From positions 92,961,280 to 93,009,391 of the forward strand of contig NC_068988.1 in assembly GCF_001194135.2 (NCBI RefSeq): DNA of 48,112 nucleotides. The letters are read 5' to 3'. The first letter of the stretch is position 1. Each line of letters opens with the position of its first letter. The notes under the pieces were generated by a model. It made no database searches. It was given only the letters and a program-made list of their open reading frames with translations, and had not been told where the DNA came from. The stretch is from Octopus bimaculoides. Lineage: Eukaryota. Shown here one piece after another: positions 22,405 through 35,857 of the stretch. The position numbers were made by a program, and so were the translations under genes.

Positions 22405-22606
22405 NNNNNNNNNNNNNNNNNNNNNNNNNNNNNNNNNNNNNNNNNNNNNNNNNNNNNNNNNNNNNNNNNNNNNNNNNNNNNNNNNNNNNNNNNNNNNNNN
22501 NNNNNNNNNNNNNNNNNNNNNNNNNNNNNNNNNNNNNNNNNNNNNNNNNNNNNNNNNNNNNNNNNNNNNNNNNNNNNNNNNNNCTCGCCTTCTTAATTTT
22601 ATATGC

Positions 22607-22653
<47 letters not shown>

Positions 22654-23394
22654 TATAAAATTAAGAAGGCGAGAAACAAATTTAATGGTCGACGTATATA
22701 TTCATTCAGTCCATATTAATGAAATTCTCCATGGTATACAAAGTACATACATAGATGCATTCATCCATATGAAATATAAAATTTCTAAAAATTTACAAAT
22801 CCATACACATGCATGAAAACTTATAAATATATAAAAATTCATACATATATAAAAATTTATAAACACATAAAATTCATAAATATAAATATATAAAAATCGG
22901 ATGTTAAACGATGATGATAAATCCATAGATGTACCTGCAAAGACTGATTGTTCGAATTTGAATCAATGAAGAAGGTAGATAAAAAAGCGAGTATAAAATG
23001 ATTCATAAGGAATCCTAAACAAGAATAAAATCTTACGGCTGTTTCAAAAAGATATAGGTTGCTATGGGCGATCTAACTCCAACCATACAATTCTCTATAT
23101 TTCTATCATCGGAGTTAATAGATTTACAAAGTTAAAGCTTTAAAAGATATGATGGTTTTTTAAAACTGAATGTTTAATTGGACCATTCTCTTCAAGCAGA
23201 CGATGTTAAAATTATTATTGCAGGCTAAAGTGCATGACAACGCTATATAAGATATAATATTTTAGAAGAGTCCATAATATAAAGGATGGTTAGATTAGGA
23301 TCCTATAGCTTAATCATTTTTGGTGAAAAATTTAAAAGTTGAAAGATATTTGTGTCTACAGGTAATTATAATATGAGATATCTTATTAAGTAAA

Positions 23395-23575
23395 CTATTT
23401 TTGTTGGCTCGGATTATGTGGATCGCCTCCTTTGTACATAAATTGCAATCCTTCGTGTATATTATATGGTGTGGCTTCCCTTATTATAGACCAATTCAGA
23501 CCAAATTCTTTATTGTTCATTTTTGATTTATTGATGTAGGTTGCTAGTGTGGTTTCACTAACCACGAAACAAAAA
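23395..23575 (-). mobile_element. Second Penelope-like GIY-YIG endonuclease remnant
   Basis: SETTLATYINKSKMNNKEFGLNWSIIREATPYN resembles the PLE motif TxLSKYIWxLKxxNxxFxLxWSIIxxAxPY. It is truncated by a SINE at about 23575. Confidence 0.6.
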
Positions 23576-24080
23576 AATTCAGCGGTATTTCGTCTGTCTA
23601 TATGTTCTGAGTTCAAATTGCGCCGAGGTCGATTTTGCCTTTCATCCATTCAGGGTCAATAAATTAAGTACCAGTTGCATACTGGGATCAATCTAATCAA
23701 CTGCCCCCTCCCACCATCACTACCAACACCACTCTCCCAAAATTTCAGGCCTTGTGCTTAGAGTAGAAAAGAATAATTATTTAAGGCGGTGAGCTGGCAG
23801 AATCGTTAGCACGTTGGGCAAAATGCTTAGCAGTACGTTCTGAGTTCAAATTGCGCTGAAGTTGACTTTGCTTTTCATACTTTTGGGGTCAATAAATTAA
23901 GTACCAGTTGTATACAGGGGTTGATCTAATTGACTGCCCCCCCCCTTCCCCAAAACTTTTGGGCCTTGTGCCTAGAGTAGAAAAGAACAAAATAAGTACC
24001 AGTTAAGCACTGGGGTTGATGTCATCAACTTACTCTCGCTCCCCCGAAATTGCTGGCCTTGTGCCAAAATTTGAAATCAT
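23575..24080 (+). mobile_element. Tandem cluster of family C SINE copies
   Basis: Repeated gttctgagttcaaattgcgc..ataaattaagtaccagttg..ggccttgtgc..agagtagaaaagaa units, with head ggcggtgagctggcagaatcgttagcacg at about 23785. The same family occurs at about 5783-5830 and 27760-28010(-). Confidence 0.8.
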
Positions 24081-24709
24081 TATTAGTGGAATGTCAGATA
24101 AATTCATTTGTTCTTTTTGTTTTTGTCTTTTTATTTATTTTAATCTTTCCCAATATTATCTGAATAAACACAAAAAAGTATTTTTATCATAGTTTTTTTA
24201 TGGATTTCTTTTTGTAGCTCTATTTTTTCAACTTTCGTTTATCATTTTTGAAATTTGAATAAATCTTATCTCTTTCCAGACATCTATCAACGGAGAATCA
24301 AAAAGCACAGAAAAATATAATAACAAAAAGAAAAAACAACAAATATATGTTAACGATGAGTATAATAATAAAAATAATAATTCATTTAAAACACATTTTT
24401 CAGGAAGGAACAATCAATGAGATTAACCAAAAGCAGTGACTATGGAGTTCTGACAATAGCACCAGTTTGTGACATTAGTCAGAAAATAAAGTGTTAAAAT
24501 AGAAAAAAAAATCCACCTTAATTGCCATTCTTATCTCTCTTTGATATGGTCTAATGAAAGCCAGAAGGACAGGCTGACAAGACAGACTGACACTCCTCAA
24601 TATTTCAATAGGTTTCCTTTTTCCACATATCTCACAATCCCTGCTCCATTTTACAAAAGGAAATGGAATCAAAACTAAACTAAATTAAACATTTAAACAT
24701 TTGGTTTTT

Positions 24710-25285
24710 ACATTATTTTGAATTAATCATGCATTATCTGGTAGCATTGAGATTTCAAAGATGTGACAGTTTATCTTTAAAATGATATTATAGAGTAAGA
24801 CTATGTGGCGGCGCAATGGCCCAGTGGTTAGGGCAGTGGACTCACGGTCATAGGATCGTGGTTTCGATTCCCAGACCGGGCGTTGTGAGTGTTTATTGAG
24901 CGAAAACACCTAAAGCTCCACGAGGCTCCGGCAGGGGATGGTGGCGAACCCTGCTGTACTCTTCCACCACAACTTTCTCTCGCTCTTACTTCCTGTTTCT
25001 GTTGTGTCTGTAATTCAAAGGGCCAGCCTTGTCCCACTGTGTCACGCTGAATATCCCCGAGAACTACGTTAAGGGTACACGTATCTGTGGAGTGCTCAGC
25101 CACTTGCACGGTAATTTCACGAGCAGGCTGTTCCGTTGATCGGATCAACTGGAACCCTCGACGTCGTAAGCGACGGAGTGCCAACAACACAGAGTAAGAC
25201 TGAGAGACCTGACCAAGCCAGTTTGGACATAAAACAATTAAAAAATTAGGTCCCCATATGGCTGATTGAAATGCTAAAGGTTTGA
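24710..25285 (+). mobile_element. piggyBac-like MITE (family E) split by the SINE above
   Basis: ttttgaattaatcatgcattatct...gccagtttggacataaaaca...aaatgctaaagg. The same family occurs at 33760-33932, 38245-38467 and 47432-47615. Confidence 0.65.
24803..25190 (+). mobile_element. Young tRNA-derived SINE with 11-bp TSD, inserted in a MITE
   Basis: TSD agagtaagact at 24792-24802 and 25191-25201. A box tggcccagtgg, B box gtttcgattcc, CpG-rich body and (CAA)n tail. Confidence 0.88.
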
Positions 25286-26803
25286 TATTTCTTATGGTAT
25301 AATAAAAACCTAACAAACATTTTTCATCTTTATTTGTTTCAGTTATTGGACTATGGCCAATAAGGGTTAACTCAAACAAATCAGCTCCAGTTAATGGGGC
25401 ATGACTGTATAGCCCCTTGGGCAAGTATCTTATACTATAGCCCCAGTCTCACCGAAGCCTAGAGAGTGGATCTGGTAGAAAAAAACTGAAAGAAGCCTGT
25501 TTGTGTATTACATATATGCTTGTGTGTATTATGTAGATAGGGTTAAACTCCAAGGTGTGTCCACTTAAAGCACATCTGCTTATTTCATTGTTTGAAATCC
25601 GTATGTAGATGTTATATTTGTGTGAGAGTTGAAAATACTGGAAAATATTTTCTGCAGAGAAATAATATCAAAACAAGAGATTGGAAAATGATTTTGACAA
25701 TATTCATTCACCATTACACATGTTTCATTTACTAAAAGGAGTAGAAACATGTAAGACGACTATTACAAATTCTTCAGACAGACATTCAAATAATATTGTA
25801 TTATAAATATGTATAATTTGGTTCTCTGTCTGAAGAATTTCTAATAGGAAGTATCTTGCATATTTTCTACTAAATGTACAATTTTGTAACTCCTATTAGT
25901 GTATGAAACATGTGTAATGGTGAATAAATACTGCCAAAATATTTTCCAATCTTCTTTTTGATATATTGAATATGTATATATGTGTATATCTCTTTGTCTG
26001 AATATTGTAGGATGGTTGTAAATGATTGTCATTGTTATAGTGAGTGCCATTCGTTTCCAGTCTTCTGTGAAAAACATGTTTGGCCATGGGGAAAGAATAC
26101 TTTTTTTGGAAAACAAGTGAGGGTTGGTAACAAGAAGGACATCTGACCATAGGAAATCTGCCTCAATGAAACTCCATCCAACCCATGCAAGCATGGAAAA
26201 GTAGACATTAAAAGTAGAACGAACCATTATCTATTAAAATACTTAACAGATTAAATGAATTATAGGCTGGGAAATCATTTAAGAATTCCTGTGTTGAGAA
26301 TACACACATACACCCACTTCAACTTCCAAACATGCCATTAGGAGTGGGGAGGAAATGTCATCAAGTGCAGACTGAAAAATTAGTAAAAGTGGAATGAAGG
26401 TGATGTAGTGGCTTTAATTGTAATGAAATCAGAGGAAATGATCTGAGGTTATCAATTCAGTATTAAGTTCAACAGGTTCAACACTGTTGATAAACTACTA
26501 TTACAACATACTTTTCACCGCCTGCCTTTCGCAGTTTTGGTACAATTCAAGCTGAGTGGAATTTGGACTTTCTATGCAGACAAAAACTTGGTCTAACAGA
26601 ACAATCGTTCCTTATACCAAAGACCCATATGGTATCAAGGAAATTCTTAGGTGTACATATTTGGTCACTCCTGACATGTTATACTTGAATGTATATATCA
26701 CAAACTGAAGAGGAAGCCACCTAGTATAAAAGATACATGTGTGTGCATGTGTACATGTGTGTGTGTACATGTGTGTGTGTGCACATGCACATATATATAT
26801 ATG

Positions 26804-26839
<36 letters not shown>

Positions 26840-29800
26840 NNNNNNNNNNTTACAATATTTTTATTTTAGATTAATGTGTGTGTGTGTGTGTAATTGTAAA
26901 TTTGTAAATGTGTGTGTGCGCGTGCGTGTGTGTGTGTGTGTGTGTGTTTGCAAAAAGAGCAGAAAGGATAGCACCTATGACCTTTGTAGAACATTTGGAA
27001 ATAGTGACGGTGGGAAGGGAGGGATCACTCGCAGACAAGAGGTCTGTTGTGAATACTTACAAGAGACTGAACTCTACAAAAGCACTCAAGGTTTATGTGG
27101 TGTTATTAAACAGGGCAATATATATATAATTAGATATATAAGCAGGGATATGTATGTATATATATCCTTCTATTTGCTTCAGTCATTTGTCTGCGGCCAT
27201 GCTGGAGCACCGCCTTTAGTCAAATCGGCCCCAGATTATACGAAAGAGCTACTAAAAGTTCCATGCTTTAGAGATACAATACATTGGTAGATTTATGTAA
27301 TATGCCACATATCTCTTGGCATGCAGTTCTTTAGTAAATTGTGTACTTATTCTTTGCAAGCCTACTACTTATTCTATTGGTCATTTTTGCAGAACTGCTA
27401 TGTTAGGGGGGGACGTAAACACACCAACATCGGTTGTCAAGCGATTCTTTCATTTTCTGTCTACCAAATCCACTCACAAGGCTTTAGTCGGCCCAAGGTT
27501 ATAGAAGAAAACACTTGCCCAAGGTGCCACACAGTAAGACTGAAGTCGGAACCATGTGATTGGGAAGCAAACTTCTTACTACACCGTCACTCCTTGACTG
27601 ACAGACAGACAGACAGACAGACAGATAGATAGATTAGCTGTGTGGTAAGTAGCTTCCTTACCAACCACATGGTTCTCGGTTCAGTCCAACTGCATGGCAC
27701 CTTGGGCAAGTGTCTTCTACTGTAGCTTTGGGCCGACCAAAGCCTTGTGAGTGGATTTTTTCTTTCTCCACTAGGCACAAGGCCCGGAATTTTTACGGTG
27801 GGNNNNNNNNNNNNNNNNNNNNNNNNNNNNNNNNNNNNNNNNGGGGGGGGGGGGGGTAGTCCAGTCAATTACATCGACTCCAGTACACAACTGGTATTTA
27901 AAATATTGACCCCCAAAAGGACAAAAGATAAAGTCGACGTTAGTGGAATTTGAACTCAGAACATAAAGACAGACGAAATACCACTATGCATTTCGCCTGG
28001 CATGCTAGCATTTCTTAATAATGATAATAATAATAATAATAATAATAAATGGGGAAGCAAAAAAGAAATGAATAAATTTTTAAGTGCTTCTTTTTTTCCT
28101 TCTCTAGCTGTCTTTTCAATTTGAAAATTCTTCATATTTGGCATACTTGAAAAAGAAATACTAAAAAATGCATTGTGTTCTGAATACAAAACACATATTT
28201 GGGAGAAAAAAAAAGAGTATATCATATTGAATACAAAACACATGCACAAGCATGGGTACATATATAGTCACTAAACTCGAGTTTATAATAATTGGGCAGG
28301 TCAAAGTAATATTTTTTTTTTCCCCATTGTAACAAATGCAACAGCCAGCCATGTAGTTATTGGCTGTTACTGGGTCAAAACATTTGTTTAGCTGCACTGT
28401 TTTGTCAAGTCATACAAACTAAACTACTTCTGGCAAAGCTGTTTATGGTGGAGGAAACAACGAAACAATATATAAATACATGAAATAACTGTAGTTCCAA
28501 GTTCCGTGATGAGTGAAGTAAATGTCAACGCAAAGAGATAGAGTTAAACCAAAATGTGAGGAGAGAATAACAATGATAGTGGTGGCTGTTGTCATTGGTG
28601 AATAGACTCACTTCAAAAATGATTAAGCAAATTTATTGTTAGAGATGTGGCTAACAGGTGCAGAAGTGGCTGTGAGGATGAGAAGTTCGCTTCCCAACTT
28701 CATAGTTCTGGGTTGGGTCTCACTACATGACCACTTTCAACAAGTGTTTACTGTAGACTTAGGCTGACCAAAGTTGTGTGAGTGGATTTGGTAGACGGAA
28801 ACTGAAAGAAGACTGTTTTGCATGTGTATGTGTGTGTGCATCTGTTTTGACATTGTGTAATGGTTGTATAAATGAGCATCATCATCATACAAGTGAGGTT
28901 ATTTGCTTCCCGTCTTCCATGAAAAACATATCTAACTATAGGGAATTATTACCTTGGTTGGAAACAAGTGAGGTTTGGCAACAGGAAGGGCACCCAACTG
29001 TAGAAAATCTGCTTCAACAAACACTGACCCATGCAGGCATGAAAAAGTGGATGTTAGATGACAATAATGAGTGATGATATTTCAATTAAAAATGTATTGC
29101 TTTAATCTCTAAGTGATAACCATTTTCAGGACAGGGCCCACAACACAACGGTTTGGTTATAAGATTTGAATTTGAGGAATTTGAAATTGTGAAGTTAGGC
29201 ATCATAGCCCTTTTATTACTATAATCCTATTGAAATAAATTAATTTGTTTCAGTTAATTTTTAAAACAAAGGATTTAGTAAAATAACTGTCATTATTAAG
29301 CTGATGGTTGGAATATAATTAAGATTTAATTTTGATGGAAAATTTTAATTCTCATAATTTTAAAACGGAAGTTTTTATTGTAGAGCCAAAGGCAGTCTCA
29401 AGTAGGTTGGTATCAAGAGGTAATCTTTATAAAATCTTAATCCTCTCAGACTCAGATATACTCTGCTAAAATCTAAGGGGTTACAAAGAATTTTTAAGAT
29501 GCCAATATATTACTGAGAAACAAATCAATCACACCTGAAAAAGGAATCAAAGACCTTTTCAGTAGAGCCTATCACAATTTCACTGGTATAGACAAGGCTT
29601 TCAAGGAATATTAAATCAAACCCAGTATACAGCTGGTACTTTTGACTTCCAGAAGAATGAAGGAAAAAGTTGATATCAGGATTATAATCCCAGAATATAA
29701 ACGGACATTTTCTCTGATGCTCTACAGATTCTGCCAATACTCAATATAAAGGGACATTTTCTATTTATACAGCAAATATGGATATAAGATAATGCTTTCC

Positions 29801-30874
29801 CACAGCCCCATACTTAGTCTTTTAAGGGAACAGGATGTTGTGACTTGCATACTTTCTTAAAGACACAAGCAACATAAATGATGAAACTCTAACCACGAAT
29901 CGAAATACAGACGCCATCTGCCTGACCACTACATATCAACATTTTGATATATAGTCAAATTTCAATGAGGCAGGGTCTTTATGGTCAGATGCTTTTCTTG
30001 TTGCCAATCCTCTCTCACCAGTTTCCAAGCCAGATTACACTTCCCCTCATCCTTCAATCAGGAAGAGCTCCAATGACTAGACAAATTTTCAAAGATGACA
30101 GCAAACAAACGTCAATTGTGTGCTGTCAATGTTTGTTTACAAATTGGCGTGCAATGTCAAGAGAAGGAAACATGAACGCAAAATACACACGATGGGTTTC
30201 ATTCCCATTCCATCTTACAAACACACTCACAGACTTTGGTTGGCCCAGGGCTATAGGAGGTGACACGTGCAAAGCAAACTGCTTGTGCCGCTTAATGGTT
30301 ATTAATTACCAACGAAGCAGGGGCAACACTCAAGCAATAACAACTAGATGGTGACTGGCCCCATAGTTTCACCATCGTCTCCACCACACACACTCAAACA
30401 CAGAATAACAGGTACCAAATGAAATGGACAAGCAATCACAATCTTGACGGTGAAACTGGATAGAAAAGCTAGCGGCAAGAGGCAGGGAAAATGCTTAATA
30501 GAGACAAATCTAGGTTAAGGAGTTTCAAGTGCCTGTCTTTTGAAGAATTTCATCCAGCTGAAAGTTCAACCATAGTTCAGATATTTAACATCTCTCACTT
30601 AATGAATGTGAAACCAGATATCTATGTAATGCCTCATTATAGCAATATTAAAGTAATTAACTGTATAACTCATACTTCCCACTTAGAGCTAGGATTTAAA
30701 AAAAAAAAAAAAAGAGCTTCTGCATAAGACAAGCATGGCTGTGTGATTAAGAAGTTTTCTTTCCAAACACATGGCTTCAGATTCAATTACCACAGTGTGA
30801 CACCTTGGGCAGGTATCTTCTATTATAGCCACGTGAGTGAATTTGGTAGATGGAAACTGAGTGGAAGCCTATCA

Positions 30875-30922
<48 letters not shown>

Positions 30923-31897
30923 ACTCTCCCATCGTTAGATGAGGGTTCAACAGTTTCTTACCAAACAACCACAGATGATTTGTTTATAATGATCAAATGC
31001 TTGTGTGGACATAAGCTCGCTTCCTCCATCAGATAGACATTACCTGTACAGGTGCAACGGGTACCACATGTCAGATGTCGACATCATCGCAGAGCAATGT
31101 GAAATGAAGTGCTTTGCTCAAATAAACAATGCAATGCCTGGCCTGCAAATTGAACCCGCGATCTTGCAATCATGAGTGCAACCGATGCTGGTGCATTTAC
31201 GTCCCCGTAACTTAGCAGTTCAGCAAAAGACACCGATAGAATAAGTACTAGGCTTGCAAAGAATAAGTCCTGGGGTCGATTTGCTCAACTAAAGGCAGTG
31301 CTCCAGCATGGCCACAGTCAAATGACTGAAACAAGTAAAAGAGTAAAAGAGCTGTTTAACAATAAAATGTAAAATACTTCCCCACCACCACCACCACCAC
31401 TTATGTTTTGTCTGTATCATTTCTGTCAATTATTGAATTTGAAGCAATACAAGTAGAATGGAAAATAAACAGAATTGAGTGCCTTAATAGGTTGAGAGAG
31501 AAAAAAAAAAGAAAACAAGTTTGAAAAACTGAGCAAAGGGGGAAAAAGAAACAGAAAAGCATTGAAGGAGGGAAAAAGAGAAAGAACCGGAAAACGAAAA
31601 GTGCAAAGTCACTGCTTCTATTAACTATAAAAGTAATCTAATGAGGAGATTAAAGAAAAGACAGGTAATAGGTGGGAAGCGGCAGGGGGTATGGTGTCGG
31701 TGGTGGTGGTGGTGGTGAGAAATGACCATGACGATGGCAGTGGTAATCGTGGTGGTATTGATATATCACTAGGTAAGGTACAAAACACTAGCAGGTACAT
31801 GAATCACCAGGAAAGGGAAACAGTAGCAATCTATATCTGCACACACACATGTATTTATACATACATATATACATGTATGTATGTATGTATGTATGTA

Positions 31898-31936
<39 letters not shown>

Positions 31937-33072
31937 NNNNNNNNNNNNNNNNNNNNNNNNNNNNNNNNNNNNNNNNNNNNNNNNNNNNNNNNNNNNNNNN
32001 NNNNNNNNNNNNNNNNNNNNNNNNNNNNNNNNNNNNNNNNNNNNNNNNNNNNNNNNNNNNNNNNNNNNNNNNNNNNNNNNNNNNNNNNNNNNNNNNNNNN
32101 NNNNNNNNNNNNNNNNNNNNNNNNNNNNNNNNNNNNNNNNNNNNNNNNNNNNNNNNNNNNNNNNNNNNNNNNNNNNNNNNNNNNNNNNNNNNNNNNNNNN
32201 NNNNNNNNNNNNNNNNNNNNNNNNNNNNNNNNNNNNNNNNNNNNNNNNNNNNNNNNNNNNNNNNNNNNNNNNNNNNNNNNNNNNNNNNNNNNNNNNNNNN
32301 NNNNNNNGTGTGTGTGTGTGTGTGTGTGTGTGTGGTATTTTAGGAGAGTCATTTTCCTGAGTAAAAAGGGAAAGAAAGAAACCTACTAGTTGACTTTCTT
32401 TTTATTATTATTAATTAATTAATTAACTTGTCAAAGTCTTTCGCCCTCACAATTGCTGCCCTTACAAAGATTTGTCAGTGTCTGTATCTTTTCATTTATT
32501 TATGTCTGGTATTTATGTGTAATTTTGCTGTGTCTAATGAGTGTTTTTATGTCTGCTATCACATTTCTCACATATATACACATATACTTCAACACATCAC
32601 AAAATATATACAAATGCCAAGCATAAATAGAAAGAAAACAGTCACAGAAAAATCACTGAAAAGATCACGGATATATTGAAAAAATCATTTAATTAATTAA
32701 TTAATTAAATGATAATGTTAGCGACAACCAGTGTGTCTCAGTTGTAGGATCAACATCCCATAATACATTAACTGTTTCAACATATGGCTTCGTAAGAAAT
32801 ATTTTTTGAAAAAACACACACATGCAAAATATATCTTGCATGGTATTTGATATGAAACCATATGTTGAAACAAACATTATAATGACAAGGTCATTCTGCC
32901 AATATATGTGTGTGTATACACACACACACACATACATATATATCATAATAATATTTATTCTCCGATTTGAAGCGACAATTTTTAAATATAAACAAATGAC
33001 GGAAGAATGATGCGCTAAGCTTATCATTTCTCTCCATAACTTACAAAGCCTTTCAGGTTTATATATAAAAAT

Positions 33073-33144
<72 letters not shown>

Positions 33145-33254
33145 GGTTTGGAGGTGATGTACAGGAATTATATATTAGAAAAAATAATCAAGTACTCAGA
33201 TATCTGGATGGTTGTACATTTACAGATTTTTATTAATATGTCACATGTTTTTAT

Positions 33255-33740
33255 AAAAAGTTGGTGAAGCATCATCTTCAAATGGTGGGCTTCATAGTGG
33301 CAATGACAAGTAACTGACACCTTTGTGAATAGGCTATGCTTGAGAAGACCCATCCAGCCAAGTGAAACCACAGTCATGTAACAAGCACCCGTACTGGTGG
33401 CATGTAAGAAGCAACCTTTGAACATGGGGCCTCACAGAGGCGATGATACATGCCTGAAACCTTTGGCAATATGCCATGCTTGAGAAGACACATTAAGCCA
33501 AGTGAAAGCATAGTTGTGGCCAATGCTGGTGTGACATAATTGGCACCCATGCCAGTGGCACATAAAAAGCACCCATTACACTCTTGGAGTGGTTGGCATC
33601 AGGAAGAGCATCCAGCCATAGAAACCATGCCAAATCAGACTGGAACCTGGTGCAGCTCTCCAGATTACCAGTTCCGGTCAAACCATTTCACCCATGCCAG
33701 CATGGAAAGCAGATGATGACGATGATGATGGTGATGATGA
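33255..33740 (+). mobile_element. RTE LINE 3' end (degenerate ORF end, tandem-hairpin 3'UTR, (GAT)n tail)
   Basis: gcttgagaagacc..gccaagtgaa, repeated gtgccagtggcac units and gcatggaaagcagatgatgacgatgatg. Confidence 0.8.
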
Positions 33741-34337
33741 ATACTTATTTCCTCACATTATTTTGAATTACTCATGCATCATCTCATAGCGTTGATATTT
33801 TAATGATGTGATTGTTTATCTTTAGAATGATATTGTAGGGTTGGCGTGAGTTGCCGAACCTGGCCAGGTTGAACATAAAGCAGGAAATATAACTGGGCCG
33901 GATGTGGCCAGTTTAAAAGCTAAAGGATTAAACCACTTAAGAGCTCCAGCTTTTCACTTCTCAATCCTATCAGATAATACCACTTATCAAATGGATTAGA
34001 ATATTAAGTAGGTGCAGGCATGACTGTGTGGTTAAGACGCACATTTTGTAGTCATAGAGTATCAGGTTTCAGTCCCACTGTGTGGCACCTTCAGCAAATG
34101 TTTTCCACAATGGACCCCCAGGCCAACTGCTGCTTTAAGACAATTTGGAAGATGAAAACTGTGCAGAAGCATGTCAAGTGTGGGGAGGGGAATTGTGTGT
34201 AATTGAGTGCAAGTGTAATTGAGTGCGTGCGTGTGTAATTGTGCAGCAATTGCGTGTGTAAGGGATTGTGTGGGTGTGTGTGAGATTGCGTGTGTATGTA
34301 TGTGTGTGTGCATCTGATTGTGCATGTGTGTGTGATT

Positions 34338-34368
<31 letters not shown>

Positions 34369-35216
34369 CACGTGTACGATTGTGCTTATCTCCCACCATC
34401 GCTCATTAGTTTGTCCCCATAACTTAGCAGTTTGCCAAAATACACCGACAGAACAAGCAACAGACATAAAAGGAAGCAAAAGTAGTGGGGTTGATTTGTT
34501 AAATTAAACTTCTTAAGGCAGTGCTCCAGCATGGCCACAGTCCACTGACTGAAACACGTAAAGGGTATCCATCCATCCATCCATCCATCCATCCATCCAT
34601 CCATCCATTCGTGTGTTGAAAACTGAAACACGAGAGCTTTTGAAGAAACAAGTCGGCTGAACACTGATTAAATGACAGCTTTATTTAACTTCTGCTGAAG
34701 CCAAACTCTTGAAGGAATCTTGCTTACCATGATGAATGACAACACCAAGAAGCCACGGTTGGCAATCATTTCTTAGTAAGAGGTGCAGACATGGCTGTGT
34801 GGTAAGAAGTTTGCTTCCAAACCATATGATTCTGGGTTCAGTCCCACTGCATCGTACTTTGGGCAAGAGTCTTCTACTATAGCATCGGGACAACCAAAGG
34901 CTTATGAGTGAATTTGGTTGACAGAAAATGAAAGAAGTCCATCGTGTGTGTGTTCCTCACCACCAACTGACAACCAGTGTTGGTGTGTTTACATCCCTGT
35001 AACTTAACAGTTTGGCAAAAGAGACCAATAGAAAGTACCAGGCTTAAAAAAAAATGTACTGGGGTCAATTCATTCAACTAAAAACTCAAGGTGGTGCCCC
35101 AGCATGGCCACAGTCTAATGGCTGAAACAAGTAAACGATGAAAGATAAAACATTCGAAAAAGGTCCTTCGTCACCCTAAATGATGGATACATTCCAAAAA
35201 ATAAAGTGACCCACTT

Positions 35217-35442
35217 AAACCCTTTTGATACCAACCCGGCTGAAACCACCTCTGGCTCTGTAGTACAAATGTCTTGTCATAAGTTTTGAATTAAAATCTT
35301 CCACCTAACCTTAGTCACAATTTATGTTCCTAACACTAGCTTAATGATAACTAATTTATTTTACTAAATTCTTTGTTATATTTCAAATTAATTGAAAGAA
35401 ACACAAAACATCTCAAAATAAATACAGTAAGGAAAGGGTTTT
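35217..35442 (+). mobile_element. MITE family F with piggyBac-like ends
   Basis: Starts taaaccctttt gatacc and ends gtaaggaaagggtttt. Related partial copies at about 19260-19430 and 29240-29420(-). Confidence 0.55.
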
Positions 35443-35761
35443 AGTTAAACAGCTCAACCACAGGACATATTTTTACCAACTGCTAGGCTGTAGGGAACAT
35501 AAACAAACCAACACCAATTGTCAAGTGAGGGAAGGGGAAAACACAGATGTAGTGCTCCAGCATGACCAAAGGCAAATAACTTTAATTAAATAAGAAACAA
35601 TGCAAAACAGACACCACAGCAAACGCTAAACCACTTAGGACTTCCAGCTTTTCTTTCACTTCACAAATTCTATCAGATATTAACACTTATCAAATAGATT
35701 AAACCATTAAGTACTGATTAAATAATTAAAGTATATTGTTATATACGACAGTACATATATG

Positions 35762-35857
<96 letters not shown>

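Noticed and set aside
22584-22673. Perfect 90-bp palindrome (ctcgccttcttaattttatatgc-(AT)n-gcatataaaattaagaaggcgag)
   Set aside because: It begins exactly at a gap edge and is centred on self-complementary (AT)n, so it is most likely an assembly fold-back artefact. Long reads would be needed to rescue it.
23575-24080. Regularly recurring ~35-bp units considered as a CRISPR-like array (also the RTE 3'UTR units)
   Set aside because: The units are degenerate parts of dispersed retroposons in a eukaryotic genome, with no constant repeat/unique spacer periodicity and no cas genes.
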